Shown here: piece after piece, positions 16,202 through 25,499 of the stretch
Layout: each line of letters starts with the position of its first letter
Position numbering within the stretch: the stretch's first letter is position 1
From: Rhodospirillales bacterium
GTDB taxonomy: Bacteria > Pseudomonadota > Alphaproteobacteria > Rhodospirillales > Casp-alpha2
Direction of reading: 5' to 3'
Assembly (NCBI GenBank): GCA_965216765.1
Contig: OZ244199.1
Location: 2,310,357-2,374,356 of the forward strand
Length of the DNA: 64,000 nt
Notes under the pieces: model-generated
Databases searched by the model: none
What the model was told of the DNA's origin: nothing
The model's input: only the letters and a program-made list of their open reading frames with translations
Position numbers and translations under genes: made by a program

Positions 16202-16233
16202 AAAAGGCCGCCCCAAAATTGCTTGGGACGGCC
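16202..16233 (-). terminator. Intrinsic terminator about 65 nt upstream of the first virion gene
   Basis: Minus strand GGCCGTCCCAA-GCAATT-TTGGGGCGGCC-TTTTCTATTT; the G.U pair forms only on the minus strand. Confidence 0.7.
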
Positions 16234-16330
16234 AGGGATGCTCGGCCATCGAGTGGCCGGCGGGGGGAACTTCACGCAGCTGGAGGCTGGGCGGGTCGGC
16301 CACGCGGCCGTCAAATGTACGGAATGTCGG

Positions 16331-16369
16331 AAAAGAAAAACCGGGGAAGCAGACGCACTGCTCCCCCGG
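16331..16369 (-). terminator. ubiA terminator
   Basis: Minus strand CCGGGGGAGCAG-TGCGT-CTGCTTCCCCGG-TTTTTCTTTT. Confidence 0.8.
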
Positions 16370-16439
16370 ACTTGAGATGCTTTTTATATTAAACTTATGG
16401 GTGCGTCAACAAGAAAAAAACGATCTATGCCAGAAATGG

Positions 16440-17378
16440 TCACCCGAGCAAAATGCCTAGAAAAACGATCAGCCCAGCGTCTCGGTTCGACTTGAAGCGC
16501 GCCAGACAATTCGGCGGGTTGTCGATTTCCAGGGTTATGACCTGCCAGGCGAAATGCGCTGCCGCCACCGCCAGCAATGCAAAGAACGGCCAGCCGAGTT
16601 GCACGCTGATCCCAACGACGGCAATGATCGCGACCATCCCGGTATAGAACATTGCAACGACCGGGCCCGTGCGTTGGCCTAGGCGGATCGACAGGGACTT
16701 TACCCCGACCATCAGATCGTCGGCCTTGTCCTGGTGCCCGTAGACTGTGTCGTAACCGAGCGTCCATAGAATCCCCGCCCCATAAAGCATCAATGCCGGC
16801 GTATCGACACTGCCGGTCACCGCGCACCAACCCACGAGCGCCCCCCAATTGAAGGTGATGCCAAGGAACGCCTGCGGCCAATAAGTAACGCGCTTCATCA
16901 ACGGATAGACGGCAACGAGGCCGAGCGACGAGATCGCGAGAATAATGGTCGCCGTGTTCAATTGGACGAGTATGATCAAACCAATGAGCAATAGTAGACC
17001 TAAGAATGCAAATGCTTGGGGCACGGTTATCTCGCCCGATGCAATGGGCCGGTCCGCCGTGCGGGCGACCTTAGCGTCGATTTCGCGGTCCCATAGGTCG
17101 TTGACGAGGCACCCGGCGCCCCGCATCACGAAGCTACCAACGGCGAACAAAATCATAAGATAGACAGGTGGCGTCGCCATGCCGGCGGCCTGACCGGCCA
17201 ATGCCGCCGACCAGAGGCACGGGATCAGCAACAGCCATGTACCAATAGGCCGGTCGGCGCGAATCAAGCGCAGGTAAGGCTTGGCAAACGCCGGTGCCCA
17301 CCGCAGCTGCCAGGAATCAACACGGATATCGCTGGCGGAGGGGGCGCCGGGGTCAGACTGTTGCGGCTTTTCGCTCAT
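16440..17378 (-). CDS. ubiA: 4-hydroxybenzoate polyprenyltransferase
   Basis: RADRPIGTWLLLIPC, VNDLWDREIDAKVARTADRPIASG, YDTVYGHQD. Confidence 0.96.
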   Translation of the reverse strand: MSEKPQQSDPGAPSASDIRVDSWQLRWAPAFAKPYLRLIRADRPIGTWLLLIPCLWSAALAGQAAGMATPPVYLMILFAVGSFVMRGAGCLVNDLWDREIDAKVARTADRPIASGEITVPQAFAFLGLLLLIGLIILVQLNTATIILAISSLGLVAVYPLMKRVTYWPQAFLGITFNWGALVGWCAVTGSVDTPALMLYGAGILWTLGYDTVYGHQDKADDLMVGVKSLSIRLGQRTGPVVAMFYTGMVAIIAVVGISVQLGWPFFALLAVAAAHFAWQVITLEIDNPPNCLARFKSNRDAGLIVFLGILLG

Positions 17379-17492
17379 GGGTCGGTTATAACTGACGAGA
17401 AGTGCAAGATGAAAGTCCTGTGCGGAAGCGGCTGCACTGTTTACGACACTCGTAGCCGAGCCGATAATCCCGGAGGAGTTGGGAGGACATCG

Positions 17493-18218
17493 ATGGCGGC
17501 TTCACAACCGCTGCGCCTTTTTGTGACGGCACCGCTCGGCGAAGGGGCCGTTATCACACTCGGGCGCGAGCAAAGCCATTATCTCATTAATGTCATGCGC
17601 CGCACGGCAGGCGCAACCGTTGACGTTTTTAACGGGCACGACGGCGAATGGCGCGCATACATTTCCAATGCCGATAAAAAGGCCACCGAACTCTCGCTCC
17701 AAACACAATCTAGCCCGCAAACGGACTCCCCCGATATCTGGCTGCTGTTTGCGCCGCTTAAAAAAGACCGCACCGACTTCGTCATTGAGAAAGCCACCGA
17801 ACTCGGCGCCTCCAAGATTCTACCCGTGATCACCGAACGCACCCAAACGAGCCGCGTGAATGTCGAACGTCTAAGCGCCACGGCACTGGAAGCTGCCGAA
17901 CAATCCCGTCGCCTCAGCGTCCCAGAGATCATGGACGCGACACCGCTGGATACGGTACTCGACGGCTGGTCCCATAACCGCACGTTGGTGTTCCTGGACG
18001 AGACCGGTGGCGGCCGGCCTATCGCCCGTGCGCTCGCCGGCATTGATGGTCCTCTCGCCTTTTTGATCGGGCCGGAGGGCGGATTTGCGCCCACCGAACT
18101 TGACCGCCTTGGTAATCTGCCGTTCTCTGTCGCCGCCGATTTGGGGCCGCGCATCTTGCGCGCCGAGACGGCGGCCGTGGCGGCGCTTGCCGTTCGACAA
18201 TCTGTTTTCGAAACCTGA
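17493..18218 (+). CDS. rsmE: 16S rRNA m3U1498 methyltransferase
   Basis: HYLINVMRR, IEKATELG, EAAEQSRR, LIGPEGGF, LGPRILRAETAA. Confidence 0.96.
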   Translation: MAASQPLRLFVTAPLGEGAVITLGREQSHYLINVMRRTAGATVDVFNGHDGEWRAYISNADKKATELSLQTQSSPQTDSPDIWLLFAPLKKDRTDFVIEKATELGASKILPVITERTQTSRVNVERLSATALEAAEQSRRLSVPEIMDATPLDTVLDGWSHNRTLVFLDETGGGRPIARALAGIDGPLAFLIGPEGGFAPTELDRLGNLPFSVAADLGPRILRAETAAVAALAVRQSVFET

Positions 18219-18233
18219 CGATCGGAGCACGCC

Positions 18234-19601
18234 ATGTCTGGTGCATCCCCAAAGAACGACACACCGATTACGGGCCGCGACCAGCTCGCCCAATATCTGG
18301 AAGCCGGCTGCAAACCGCAGAGCGATTGGCGCATCGGCACCGAACACGAAAAGTTCGCGTTCCGGCTTTCGGACCTGAAGCCGCTTGAGTACGAAGGCCC
18401 AGACGGCATACGAGAACTGCTGATGCGCCTGACACGGTTCGGCTGGGAGCCGGTGTTCGAGGGTGAGAACGTCATCGCGCTGACGTCCAAAGATGGCGGC
18501 GCGGTTTCATTGGAGCCTGCCGGACAGTTGGAGCTTTCAGGCGCCGCTGTCGAAAACATCCATCAGACCTGCGACGAAGTTTCGAGCCATCTGCAGCAGG
18601 TCAAATCCATCGCCCGCGAGATGGGGATCGGATTTCTAGGCCTCGGCTATCGGCCCAAGTGGCCGGTCGACGGGCTGCCGTGGATGCCGAAAGGCCGCTA
18701 CAAAATCATGCGTGAATACATGCCGAAGGTCGGCACGCTCGGCCTCGACATGATGCAGTCCACCTGCACGGTTCAGGTCAACCTGGATTTCTGCTCCGAA
18801 GCCCGCATGGTCGAGATGTTCCGCATCTCGCTGGCGCTGCAACCTGTGGCGACGGCGCTTTGGGCGAACTCGCCGTTCCGCCTCGGCAAGCCGAGCGGTT
18901 ATCTATCCTACCGCAGCCACATCTGGACGGATGTCGACAATAACCGGGCCGGTATGCTGCCATTCGTTTTCGAAGACGGCATGGGATTCGAACGCTACGT
19001 CGACTACGCCCTTGATGTGCCGATGTACTTCGTCTACCGGGGCGGCAACTACATTGATGCTTCCGGTCAATCGTTCCGCGATTTTATGGAAGGCAAACTG
19101 CCTGCGTTGCCAGGTGAAACACCGGTCATGTCGGATTGGGTGGATCATATCTCGACGATCTTCCCGGAAGTGCGGCTTAAGACATTTCTAGAAATGCGTG
19201 GCGCTGACGGTGGGCCGTGGAACCGGCTCTGTGCCCTCTCCGCATTCTGGACCGGGATCCTCTATGATGACGAAGCGCGCACGGCGGCGTGGGATCTGGT
19301 CAAGGATTGGACCGCCGAGGAACGCCAGACGCTCCGCGATCAGGTGCCGACCACTGCCCTTAAGACACCCTTCCGCAACAAGACCGTGCGCGAGATCGCC
19401 TGCGACGCGCTGCGGATCTCGCACATGGGTCTCAAGAACCGGAAGCAACTGGACAATGTCGGCATGGACGAGAGCCACTTCCTTCAACCGATCCTGCAAA
19501 CGGCGGAAAGTGGTCTAACGCCGGCAGAGGAATTGCTGGCGGCCTATCACAGGCTGTGGGGCGAGACGGTCGATCCGGTCTTTACTGAATACGCTTACTG
19601 A
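18234..19601 (+). CDS. gshA: Glutamate-cysteine ligase
   Basis: [52 protein letters not shown]. Confidence 0.96.
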   Translation: MSGASPKNDTPITGRDQLAQYLEAGCKPQSDWRIGTEHEKFAFRLSDLKPLEYEGPDGIRELLMRLTRFGWEPVFEGENVIALTSKDGGAVSLEPAGQLELSGAAVENIHQTCDEVSSHLQQVKSIAREMGIGFLGLGYRPKWPVDGLPWMPKGRYKIMREYMPKVGTLGLDMMQSTCTVQVNLDFCSEARMVEMFRISLALQPVATALWANSPFRLGKPSGYLSYRSHIWTDVDNNRAGMLPFVFEDGMGFERYVDYALDVPMYFVYRGGNYIDASGQSFRDFMEGKLPALPGETPVMSDWVDHISTIFPEVRLKTFLEMRGADGGPWNRLCALSAFWTGILYDDEARTAAWDLVKDWTAEERQTLRDQVPTTALKTPFRNKTVREIACDALRISHMGLKNRKQLDNVGMDESHFLQPILQTAESGLTPAEELLAAYHRLWGETVDPVFTEYAY

Positions 19602-19604
19602 CGC

Positions 19605-20609
19605 TTACAGCTTCAGCCGCAGAAGCACGATGCCGCCGACCAAGGCAAAGACGATCAGGCAGGCGACAATATATAAGTATAGCGCGCGGCTGATGTCCTT
19701 GTGGGTCACCCGTGCGCGGCCATCGCCCATCCAGTGGTCGGGAACCGTTTCTCCGCTGTAGCTGCGCGGTCCGGCCAGCGCCAGATCGAGCGCCCCCGCC
19801 ATGGCCGCTTCGGGCCAGCCGGCGTTAAAGGAGCGGTGTTTTGCCGCGTCACGAATCGCCGTCCGTAGTGCGCCACTTGGCCGCGCCGTCGGCACGAACA
19901 CGGCGGCGATAGCGAAAATCAGCGCAGACAACCGAGCCGGTATCGCGTTCAAGGCATCGTCCAGCCGTGCCGCCGTAAACCCGAACGCGCGATGGCGCAG
20001 CGTCTTGTGACCGATCATGCTGTCGAGCGTGTTGACGGTTTTATAGGCAAGAATACCGGGCATGCCCAAGATCACGTACCAGAACACCGGGGCAGCCACC
20101 GCGTCAGAAAAGTTCTCGGCAAGACTCTCGATCGCCGCGCGGCCGACGCCCGCGGCATCGAGGGTTTGCGGATCCCGTCCGACAATATGCCTTACCGCTT
20201 CGCGGCCGGCTTGCAGGCCACCGACCTCCAGACCATGCCCGACCCTAGCGACAGCGTTGTAAAGGCCGCGTCCCGCGAGCAACGACACCAGGAGAACGGC
20301 TTCAAGTACCCAGCCATAGGGGATATGAAGCGTTAGCCACATGACGCCGACGCCGACAGCGGCGGAAAGCGTCACCATAATAACGACGACCAGGGCACCG
20401 CGAATCGCTCGGTCCATTTCCGGGCGTTTTTCCCGATTCAGTTTATCGTCAAAGAAACCGATCAATCCGCCGATAACGCGAACCGGGTGCGGAACATACT
20501 TAAAAACAAGGGCCGCTTCGCCGACATAACCCTCCACTGCGATCGCTATCAGCAGCAAAAACAGCGGATCGAAGGGCGCGTTCGCACCGACTAGACCAAG
20601 CGTTACCAT
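19605..20609 (-). CDS. cbiB: Adenosylcobinamide-phosphate synthase CbiB/CobD
   Basis: HPV, IVGRD, AAIESLAENFSD, YKTVNTLDSMIGH, NAGWPEAAMAGAL. Confidence 0.95.
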   Translation of the reverse strand: MVTLGLVGANAPFDPLFLLLIAIAVEGYVGEAALVFKYVPHPVRVIGGLIGFFDDKLNREKRPEMDRAIRGALVVVIMVTLSAAVGVGVMWLTLHIPYGWVLEAVLLVSLLAGRGLYNAVARVGHGLEVGGLQAGREAVRHIVGRDPQTLDAAGVGRAAIESLAENFSDAVAAPVFWYVILGMPGILAYKTVNTLDSMIGHKTLRHRAFGFTAARLDDALNAIPARLSALIFAIAAVFVPTARPSGALRTAIRDAAKHRSFNAGWPEAAMAGALDLALAGPRSYSGETVPDHWMGDGRARVTHKDISRALYLYIVACLIVFALVGGIVLLRLKL

Positions 20610-20772
20610 GACATGAGTTGACGATAGCGGGCCGCACGGGTCAACTTCATCAGGCAGAACTCAGCTGGACTCTTGATCATTGCGCGAACATGCGCGATTT
20701 TCATACGTGCAAACAATGGCTTGACCCAAGCCGAGCTTGGGCGGAGTGCTCGTGGAATTTTCTTTCGCCGAT

Positions 20773-21834
20773 ATGCCGCAATGGGCCGGTATGGCCCTTT
20801 CTGCAGGAATCGCCGCAATCGTTGGAGCGGTTGTCGGCATTTTTGTTGCGCGTCGTAATGCCCCAGCGGCAACAGGGGCGCAAGATCCGTACATGGACGC
20901 CGCACCCGAAGTGCCGCTGACGCGCGAAAACCCAGCCTTTCAGAAGCTACAGGCGATCCTGCAAGCCAAGGGCATCAGCGCCAAGGAACAAGATACGCGC
21001 TTGCGTGATTTCGCCGGTGAGTACGCCGCGATCCATCGGAAGCTTCGTGATCTCCGTGCTGCCGATCCTTCGAATGAAAAGGACCGGGAGAATGCACTAG
21101 ACGCGCTCGAAAACGGCGAGTTCGAAAACGCCATTGGACTGACGGAACGGTTGGGGCGCGCCGAAGGCGACGAAGGCCACGCTTTGCGCGAGCGCTCCGC
21201 CAAACTGCTGGCCGCTGCCGCGCAAGCAAAGATCGTCGCCGCCGATCTCTATATGACGCTCATCGCGCCGGAGAATGCGCGCGAGCTATACCAACAAGCC
21301 ATCGATGAACTGCCGCCGACCGCCGACGAGCGGCGCGCCGAAGTCCTCAACAAACTCGGCACCGCCTGCTATCAGTGCGGAGACTCGGATGCTGCGGTCA
21401 AAGCCTTCACCCGTGGCTTGCGTCTTCTGGAAAAGACCCTGGGCAATGACCACCCGGACATTGCGACGTCGCTCAACAACATGGCACTGATCCATTATTC
21501 CAAGGGTCGCCTCGAACAGGCCGAGCCTCTGTACCGGCGTGCGCTGATGATCGACGAACGGGTTCTAGGCTACGACCATCCTGGCGTCGCCACCGATCTC
21601 AACAACTTGGCTCTGCTCTACAAGAAACAAGGCAATCTGGAAGCGGCGGAGCCACTCCTCAAGCGCGCCTTATCGATCAAGGAACGGAATTTCGACCCCG
21701 GGCACCCTTCATTGGTCACCGGCCTAAAGAACTATGCATCCCTGCTGAAAACCCTGGGTCGAATCGAAGAGGCCAAGGAATACGAGGCACGTGCCGCCTC
21801 GCTGCCGCCCAGTCGCACGGACAGCGCCGCCTGA
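20773..21834 (+). CDS. Membrane-anchored tetratricopeptide-repeat protein (42-aa TPR_12-type repeats)
   Basis: N-terminal TM segment; repeats HPDIATSLNNMALIHYSKGRLEQAEPLYRRAL / HPGVATDLNNLALLYKKQGNLEAAEPLLKRAL. Start codon uncertain. Confidence 0.85.
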   Translation: MPQWAGMALSAGIAAIVGAVVGIFVARRNAPAATGAQDPYMDAAPEVPLTRENPAFQKLQAILQAKGISAKEQDTRLRDFAGEYAAIHRKLRDLRAADPSNEKDRENALDALENGEFENAIGLTERLGRAEGDEGHALRERSAKLLAAAAQAKIVAADLYMTLIAPENARELYQQAIDELPPTADERRAEVLNKLGTACYQCGDSDAAVKAFTRGLRLLEKTLGNDHPDIATSLNNMALIHYSKGRLEQAEPLYRRALMIDERVLGYDHPGVATDLNNLALLYKKQGNLEAAEPLLKRALSIKERNFDPGHPSLVTGLKNYASLLKTLGRIEEAKEYEARAASLPPSRTDSAA

Positions 21835-21937
21835 CGCACCTGCCTTTCATCTTTCAGCGCGAAATGTCATAGTCCGCCTCATGTCGGGACCGGAGGCAAT
21901 GACCAGTCCCTAAATGCTCGTAGGCAAGGACCAAGCA

Positions 21938-22936
21938 ATGACAGAACAACCCGCCGTCATGATTTGCGGCCACGGCAGCCGCGACCGCGCCGCCGTCGAA
22001 GAATTCAATCAACTTTCAGTCCATCTTAAAAACCGGCTCCCCGATCATGATATCGAGAGCGGTTTTCTGGAATTCGCGGAACCGGTCATTCGCACAGGAC
22101 TTGAAAAACTCAAAATGCGGGGCGCGAAGAAAATCGTGTGCCTCCCAGGGATGCTGTTCGCGGCGGGTCACGTAAAGAATGACCTACCGTCGGAGATCAA
22201 CACCTTCGCCGCTGAGAACCCGGACATCGAGATGATTTTCGGCCGTGATTTGGCGATCGATCCGAAAATGCTGCAAGCAGCCAAGGCGCGCGTTGAAGAA
22301 GCAATCGCGGAGGCCGGCGGCGACGTCGACTTAAAGGATACGCTGCTGATGGTCGTGGGCCGCGGCACCAACGATCCCGACGCCAACTCCAATATCTCCA
22401 AAGTCGCTCGCATGCTTTGGGAGGGCATCGGTGTCGGCTGGGCGGAAGTCAGTTTCTCCGGCGTCGCATTTCCCCTGGTCGACGCGGGGTTGGAGCGGGC
22501 GGTTAAACTTGGCTACAAGCGCATCGTCGTGTTCCCGTACTTTCTGTTCACGGGCGTCCTGGTCCGGCGCATCTTTAAATGGGTCGATGAAGTTGCCGCC
22601 GCGCACCCCGAGATCGAGTTCGTCAAAGCCAAGTACCTGAACGACCAAGACCACGTTATAGACACGTTCGTTGAGCGTTTCGAGCAGGCCTTGGACGGCG
22701 GCTTGTCGAACGCCATGAACTGCCAACTATGTAAGTACCGCACGCAGGTTCTCGGCTTCGAAGACGAAAAAGGGATGGCACAAGTCGGTCATCACCACCA
22801 CGTCGTCGGTGCCGGGGTCGAAGACGATCCTGAAGATCGCGGCGTCTATCTCGGCCGTGGGCACGGTCATAAGCATGATCATCATGACCACCACCATCAC
22901 CATGGTCATGATCATGGCAAAGACGGTGAGCATTAA
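21938..22936 (+). CDS. cbiX: Sirohydrochlorin cobaltochelatase, long form with His-rich tail
   Basis: MICGHGSRD, FLEFAEP, AGHVKNDLP, GRGTNDPDAN, NCQLCKYR, HKHDHHDHHHHHGHDH. Confidence 0.92.
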   Translation: MTEQPAVMICGHGSRDRAAVEEFNQLSVHLKNRLPDHDIESGFLEFAEPVIRTGLEKLKMRGAKKIVCLPGMLFAAGHVKNDLPSEINTFAAENPDIEMIFGRDLAIDPKMLQAAKARVEEAIAEAGGDVDLKDTLLMVVGRGTNDPDANSNISKVARMLWEGIGVGWAEVSFSGVAFPLVDAGLERAVKLGYKRIVVFPYFLFTGVLVRRIFKWVDEVAAAHPEIEFVKAKYLNDQDHVIDTFVERFEQALDGGLSNAMNCQLCKYRTQVLGFEDEKGMAQVGHHHHVVGAGVEDDPEDRGVYLGRGHGHKHDHHDHHHHHGHDHGKDGEH

Positions 22937-22945
22937 CGGCGTCTG

Positions 22946-23581
22946 GTGTTAATGACCGTGGACTATCTGCGTGACCCGAAAGCGATCTACGCACAGTCTT
23001 TCGCGACAGTTCGGGAAGAGGCCAATCTCGACCGGTTCCCGGATGATGTCGCGGCCGTTGTCGTGCGCATGATCCATGCCTGCGGGGTTGTTGATATTGC
23101 CGAAAACGTTGCGTACTCAACGCATGCAGTCTCTGCCGGCAAGGACGCGCTCCAGTCCGGAAAGGCGATCCTCGTCGATGCCAATATGGTCGGCGCCGGA
23201 ATCATTCGACGGCATCTTAGTGGCAACGAAATCATCTGCACCCTTGATGCGCCGGGTGTTCCCGAGATTGCCGCGCGCGATGCGACCACACGCTCTGCCG
23301 CAGCAATCGACTTATGGGACGCACACTTGGAGGGAGCCGTCGCCGTGTTTGGCAACGCGCCGACGGCGCTCTTTCACTTGCTGGAGCGGATCGAGAACGG
23401 TGCCCCAAAGCCGGCTATTGTCTTGGGGTTTCCGGTTGGCTTTGTCGGCGCATCGGAATCCAAGGCTGCCTTGGCCGCCAATGAATTAGGGCTTGAGTTC
23501 ATCACGCTTCATGGCCGCATGGGCGGCAGCGCCATTGCCGCGGCGGCCGTCAACGCCCTGACCATTGGATCCGACGCATGA
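22946..23581 (+). CDS. cobH: Precorrin-8X methylmutase
   Basis: IYAQSFATV, RMIHACG, TRSAAA, FGNAPTALF, FPVGFVGASESK. Confidence 0.95.
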   Translation: MLMTVDYLRDPKAIYAQSFATVREEANLDRFPDDVAAVVVRMIHACGVVDIAENVAYSTHAVSAGKDALQSGKAILVDANMVGAGIIRRHLSGNEIICTLDAPGVPEIAARDATTRSAAAIDLWDAHLEGAVAVFGNAPTALFHLLERIENGAPKPAIVLGFPVGFVGASESKAALAANELGLEFITLHGRMGGSAIAAAAVNALTIGSDA

Positions 23582-24795
23582 ACCCGGTCACTGTCATCGG
23601 CATTGGCGAGGATGGCCTCGACGGCCTTTCGCAAACGGCGCGCGAGGCCGTCGCGGCGGCCGACGTGATCGCAGGCGGCGCACGGCACCTCGCCATGCTC
23701 GAAAACGACGACACACGGGAGTATCTGGTCTGGGAGAAGGGGCTGGAGCCGACCATTTCCATTCTCGACCAACGCCGGCAGAAAAAACGGGTTGCCGTGC
23801 TGGCGTCCGGTGATCCGTTATTGCATGGCATTGCCGTCAAGTTGATCGCACGCCTGGGTGCCGACGCCGTCTACGTCGTGCCATCGGTCTCCGCGTTCTC
23901 GCTGGCCGCCGCCCGAATGGGCTGGGCGCTGGCAGATCCGATGCTGAGATGCATCAGCGTGCACGCGTTGCCATTCGAGAATTTGAACCGCCTGATCCGT
24001 CCGGGAATGCGCCTGCTGATCCTAAGTCGAACCGGCGCGACCCCGGCTGAGGTGGCAACTCTTTTAGAGGCACTCGGCTATGGCGACAGCTGCATCACCG
24101 TACTGGAGCGCATGGGTGGCACGGCCGAAAAGCGCACCGATGCACGCGCCGGCGACGGCCTTCAAGCGTCATTCGAGAATCTCAACACTATTGCCGTACA
24201 ATGCATTGCCGGGCCTGCCGCACGACCGTTGTCCACTGTTCCAGGCCTGCCGGACGATGCGTTTGATCACGACGGAACGATCACCAAGAGCGATGTTCGG
24301 GCAGTGACTTTGTCGGCACTGGCGCCGTTGCCAGGCGACCTGCTTTGGGATGTCGGGGCCGGCAGCGGCACGGTCGCCATCGAATGGCTGCGGGCGGAAC
24401 CGGCGGCGCGCGCCGTCGCCTTTGAGCAGAAACCTGAGCGTGCTGAGAAGATACGAACCAATGCGAATTCACTGGGTGTTCCGTCGCTCCGCATCATCGA
24501 AGGTCACGTACCGTCATGCCTGCAGAATGAGGACGCACCGGACGCCATTTTCGTTGGCGGCGGAATCGCGGGCGACAACGATGTGCTCGACACCTGCCTG
24601 AGGGCATTGAAACTCGGCGGACGATTGGTCGCCAACGCCGTGACGATGGAGGCACAGTCGAAATTGATGGAATGGCACAAATCAATGGGCGGACATCTCG
24701 TCCGTATCGGGATCGCCTCGGCCGAACCGGTCGGTGGATTGTCAGCCTTGAAGCCCGCCCTGGACGTCCTGCAATGGCGGGTGACCAAGTTATGA
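23578..24795 (+). CDS. cobL: Precorrin-6Y C5,15-methyltransferase (CbiE-CbiT fusion)
   Basis: VIGIGEDG, LASGDPLLHG, ITKSDVRAVTL, LWDVGAGSGTVAIEW. Confidence 0.93.
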   Translation: MNPVTVIGIGEDGLDGLSQTAREAVAAADVIAGGARHLAMLENDDTREYLVWEKGLEPTISILDQRRQKKRVAVLASGDPLLHGIAVKLIARLGADAVYVVPSVSAFSLAAARMGWALADPMLRCISVHALPFENLNRLIRPGMRLLILSRTGATPAEVATLLEALGYGDSCITVLERMGGTAEKRTDARAGDGLQASFENLNTIAVQCIAGPAARPLSTVPGLPDDAFDHDGTITKSDVRAVTLSALAPLPGDLLWDVGAGSGTVAIEWLRAEPAARAVAFEQKPERAEKIRTNANSLGVPSLRIIEGHVPSCLQNEDAPDAIFVGGGIAGDNDVLDTCLRALKLGGRLVANAVTMEAQSKLMEWHKSMGGHLVRIGIASAEPVGGLSALKPALDVLQWRVTKL

Positions 24796-25499
24796 CCGGG
24801 CGGCTCTATGGTGTCGGGGTCGGCCCGGGTGACCCGGAGTTGCTCACCCTAAAGGCGGTTCGACTGATACAGGATTGCGTGGTGCTCGCTTACCCGGCAC
24901 CGGCAGACGGCGCAGAGAGTATGGCGCGGCGGATCGCCTCTTTGCACATACCCGAAGGCAAGACAGAGATCGTCATATCGACACCCATGACACCGGGAAA
25001 CTTTCCTGCGAACAGTGTTTACGACAAGTACGCGGCCGAGATCGCGGCACATCTGGATGACGGCAGGGATGTCGCAGTGCTGTGCGAAGGAGACCCCTTC
25101 TTGTTCGGGTCGTTCATGTATTTGTTCAGCCGCCTGTCCGGCGATTACCAAACCGAAGTCGTGCCCGGCGTTTCATCGCTCGGTGCGTGCGCAGCCCGTT
25201 CCGGCCGCCCGCTGGTATCGCGCAATCAGGTGCTGACAATCGTTCCGGCGCCGATCGAAGAGGATCGGATGCGGGACATGATCACCGGCAGCGACGCCGT
25301 CGCCATCATGAAAGTCGGGCGTCACCTACAGAAAGTCCGGCGTGTCCTCTCGTCGCTGGGTTGTGATGAGGTTGCAACCTACGTCGAGCGCGCGACCCTC
25401 AACGAAGAGAAAGTGATGCCCCTGAACGACGTTACGGCGGAAACCGCCCCTTATTTTTCGATGATCCTTGTCCGCCGCGCCGAAGGAGCCGACGCATGA
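24792..25499 (+). CDS. cobI: Precorrin-2 C20-methyltransferase
   Basis: LYGVGVGPGDPELLTLKA, LCEGDPFLFGSFMY. Confidence 0.95.
   Translation: MTGRLYGVGVGPGDPELLTLKAVRLIQDCVVLAYPAPADGAESMARRIASLHIPEGKTEIVISTPMTPGNFPANSVYDKYAAEIAAHLDDGRDVAVLCEGDPFLFGSFMYLFSRLSGDYQTEVVPGVSSLGACAARSGRPLVSRNQVLTIVPAPIEEDRMRDMITGSDAVAIMKVGRHLQKVRRVLSSLGCDEVATYVERATLNEEKVMPLNDVTAETAPYFSMILVRRAEGADA

Noticed and set aside
16140-16440. Prophage attachment site, tRNA or integrase at the right boundary
   Set aside because: No tRNA cloverleaf, integrase or direct repeat matching elsewhere in the window was found by eye.
21835-21937. Cobalamin riboswitch upstream of cbiX
   Set aside because: Region too short and lacks the B12-box/GGGAA...ACTG core; only a small hairpin is present.
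22860-22925. CAT/CAC/GAT short tandem repeats
   Set aside because: Simply the coding sequence of the CbiX His-rich tail, not a contingency locus or array.
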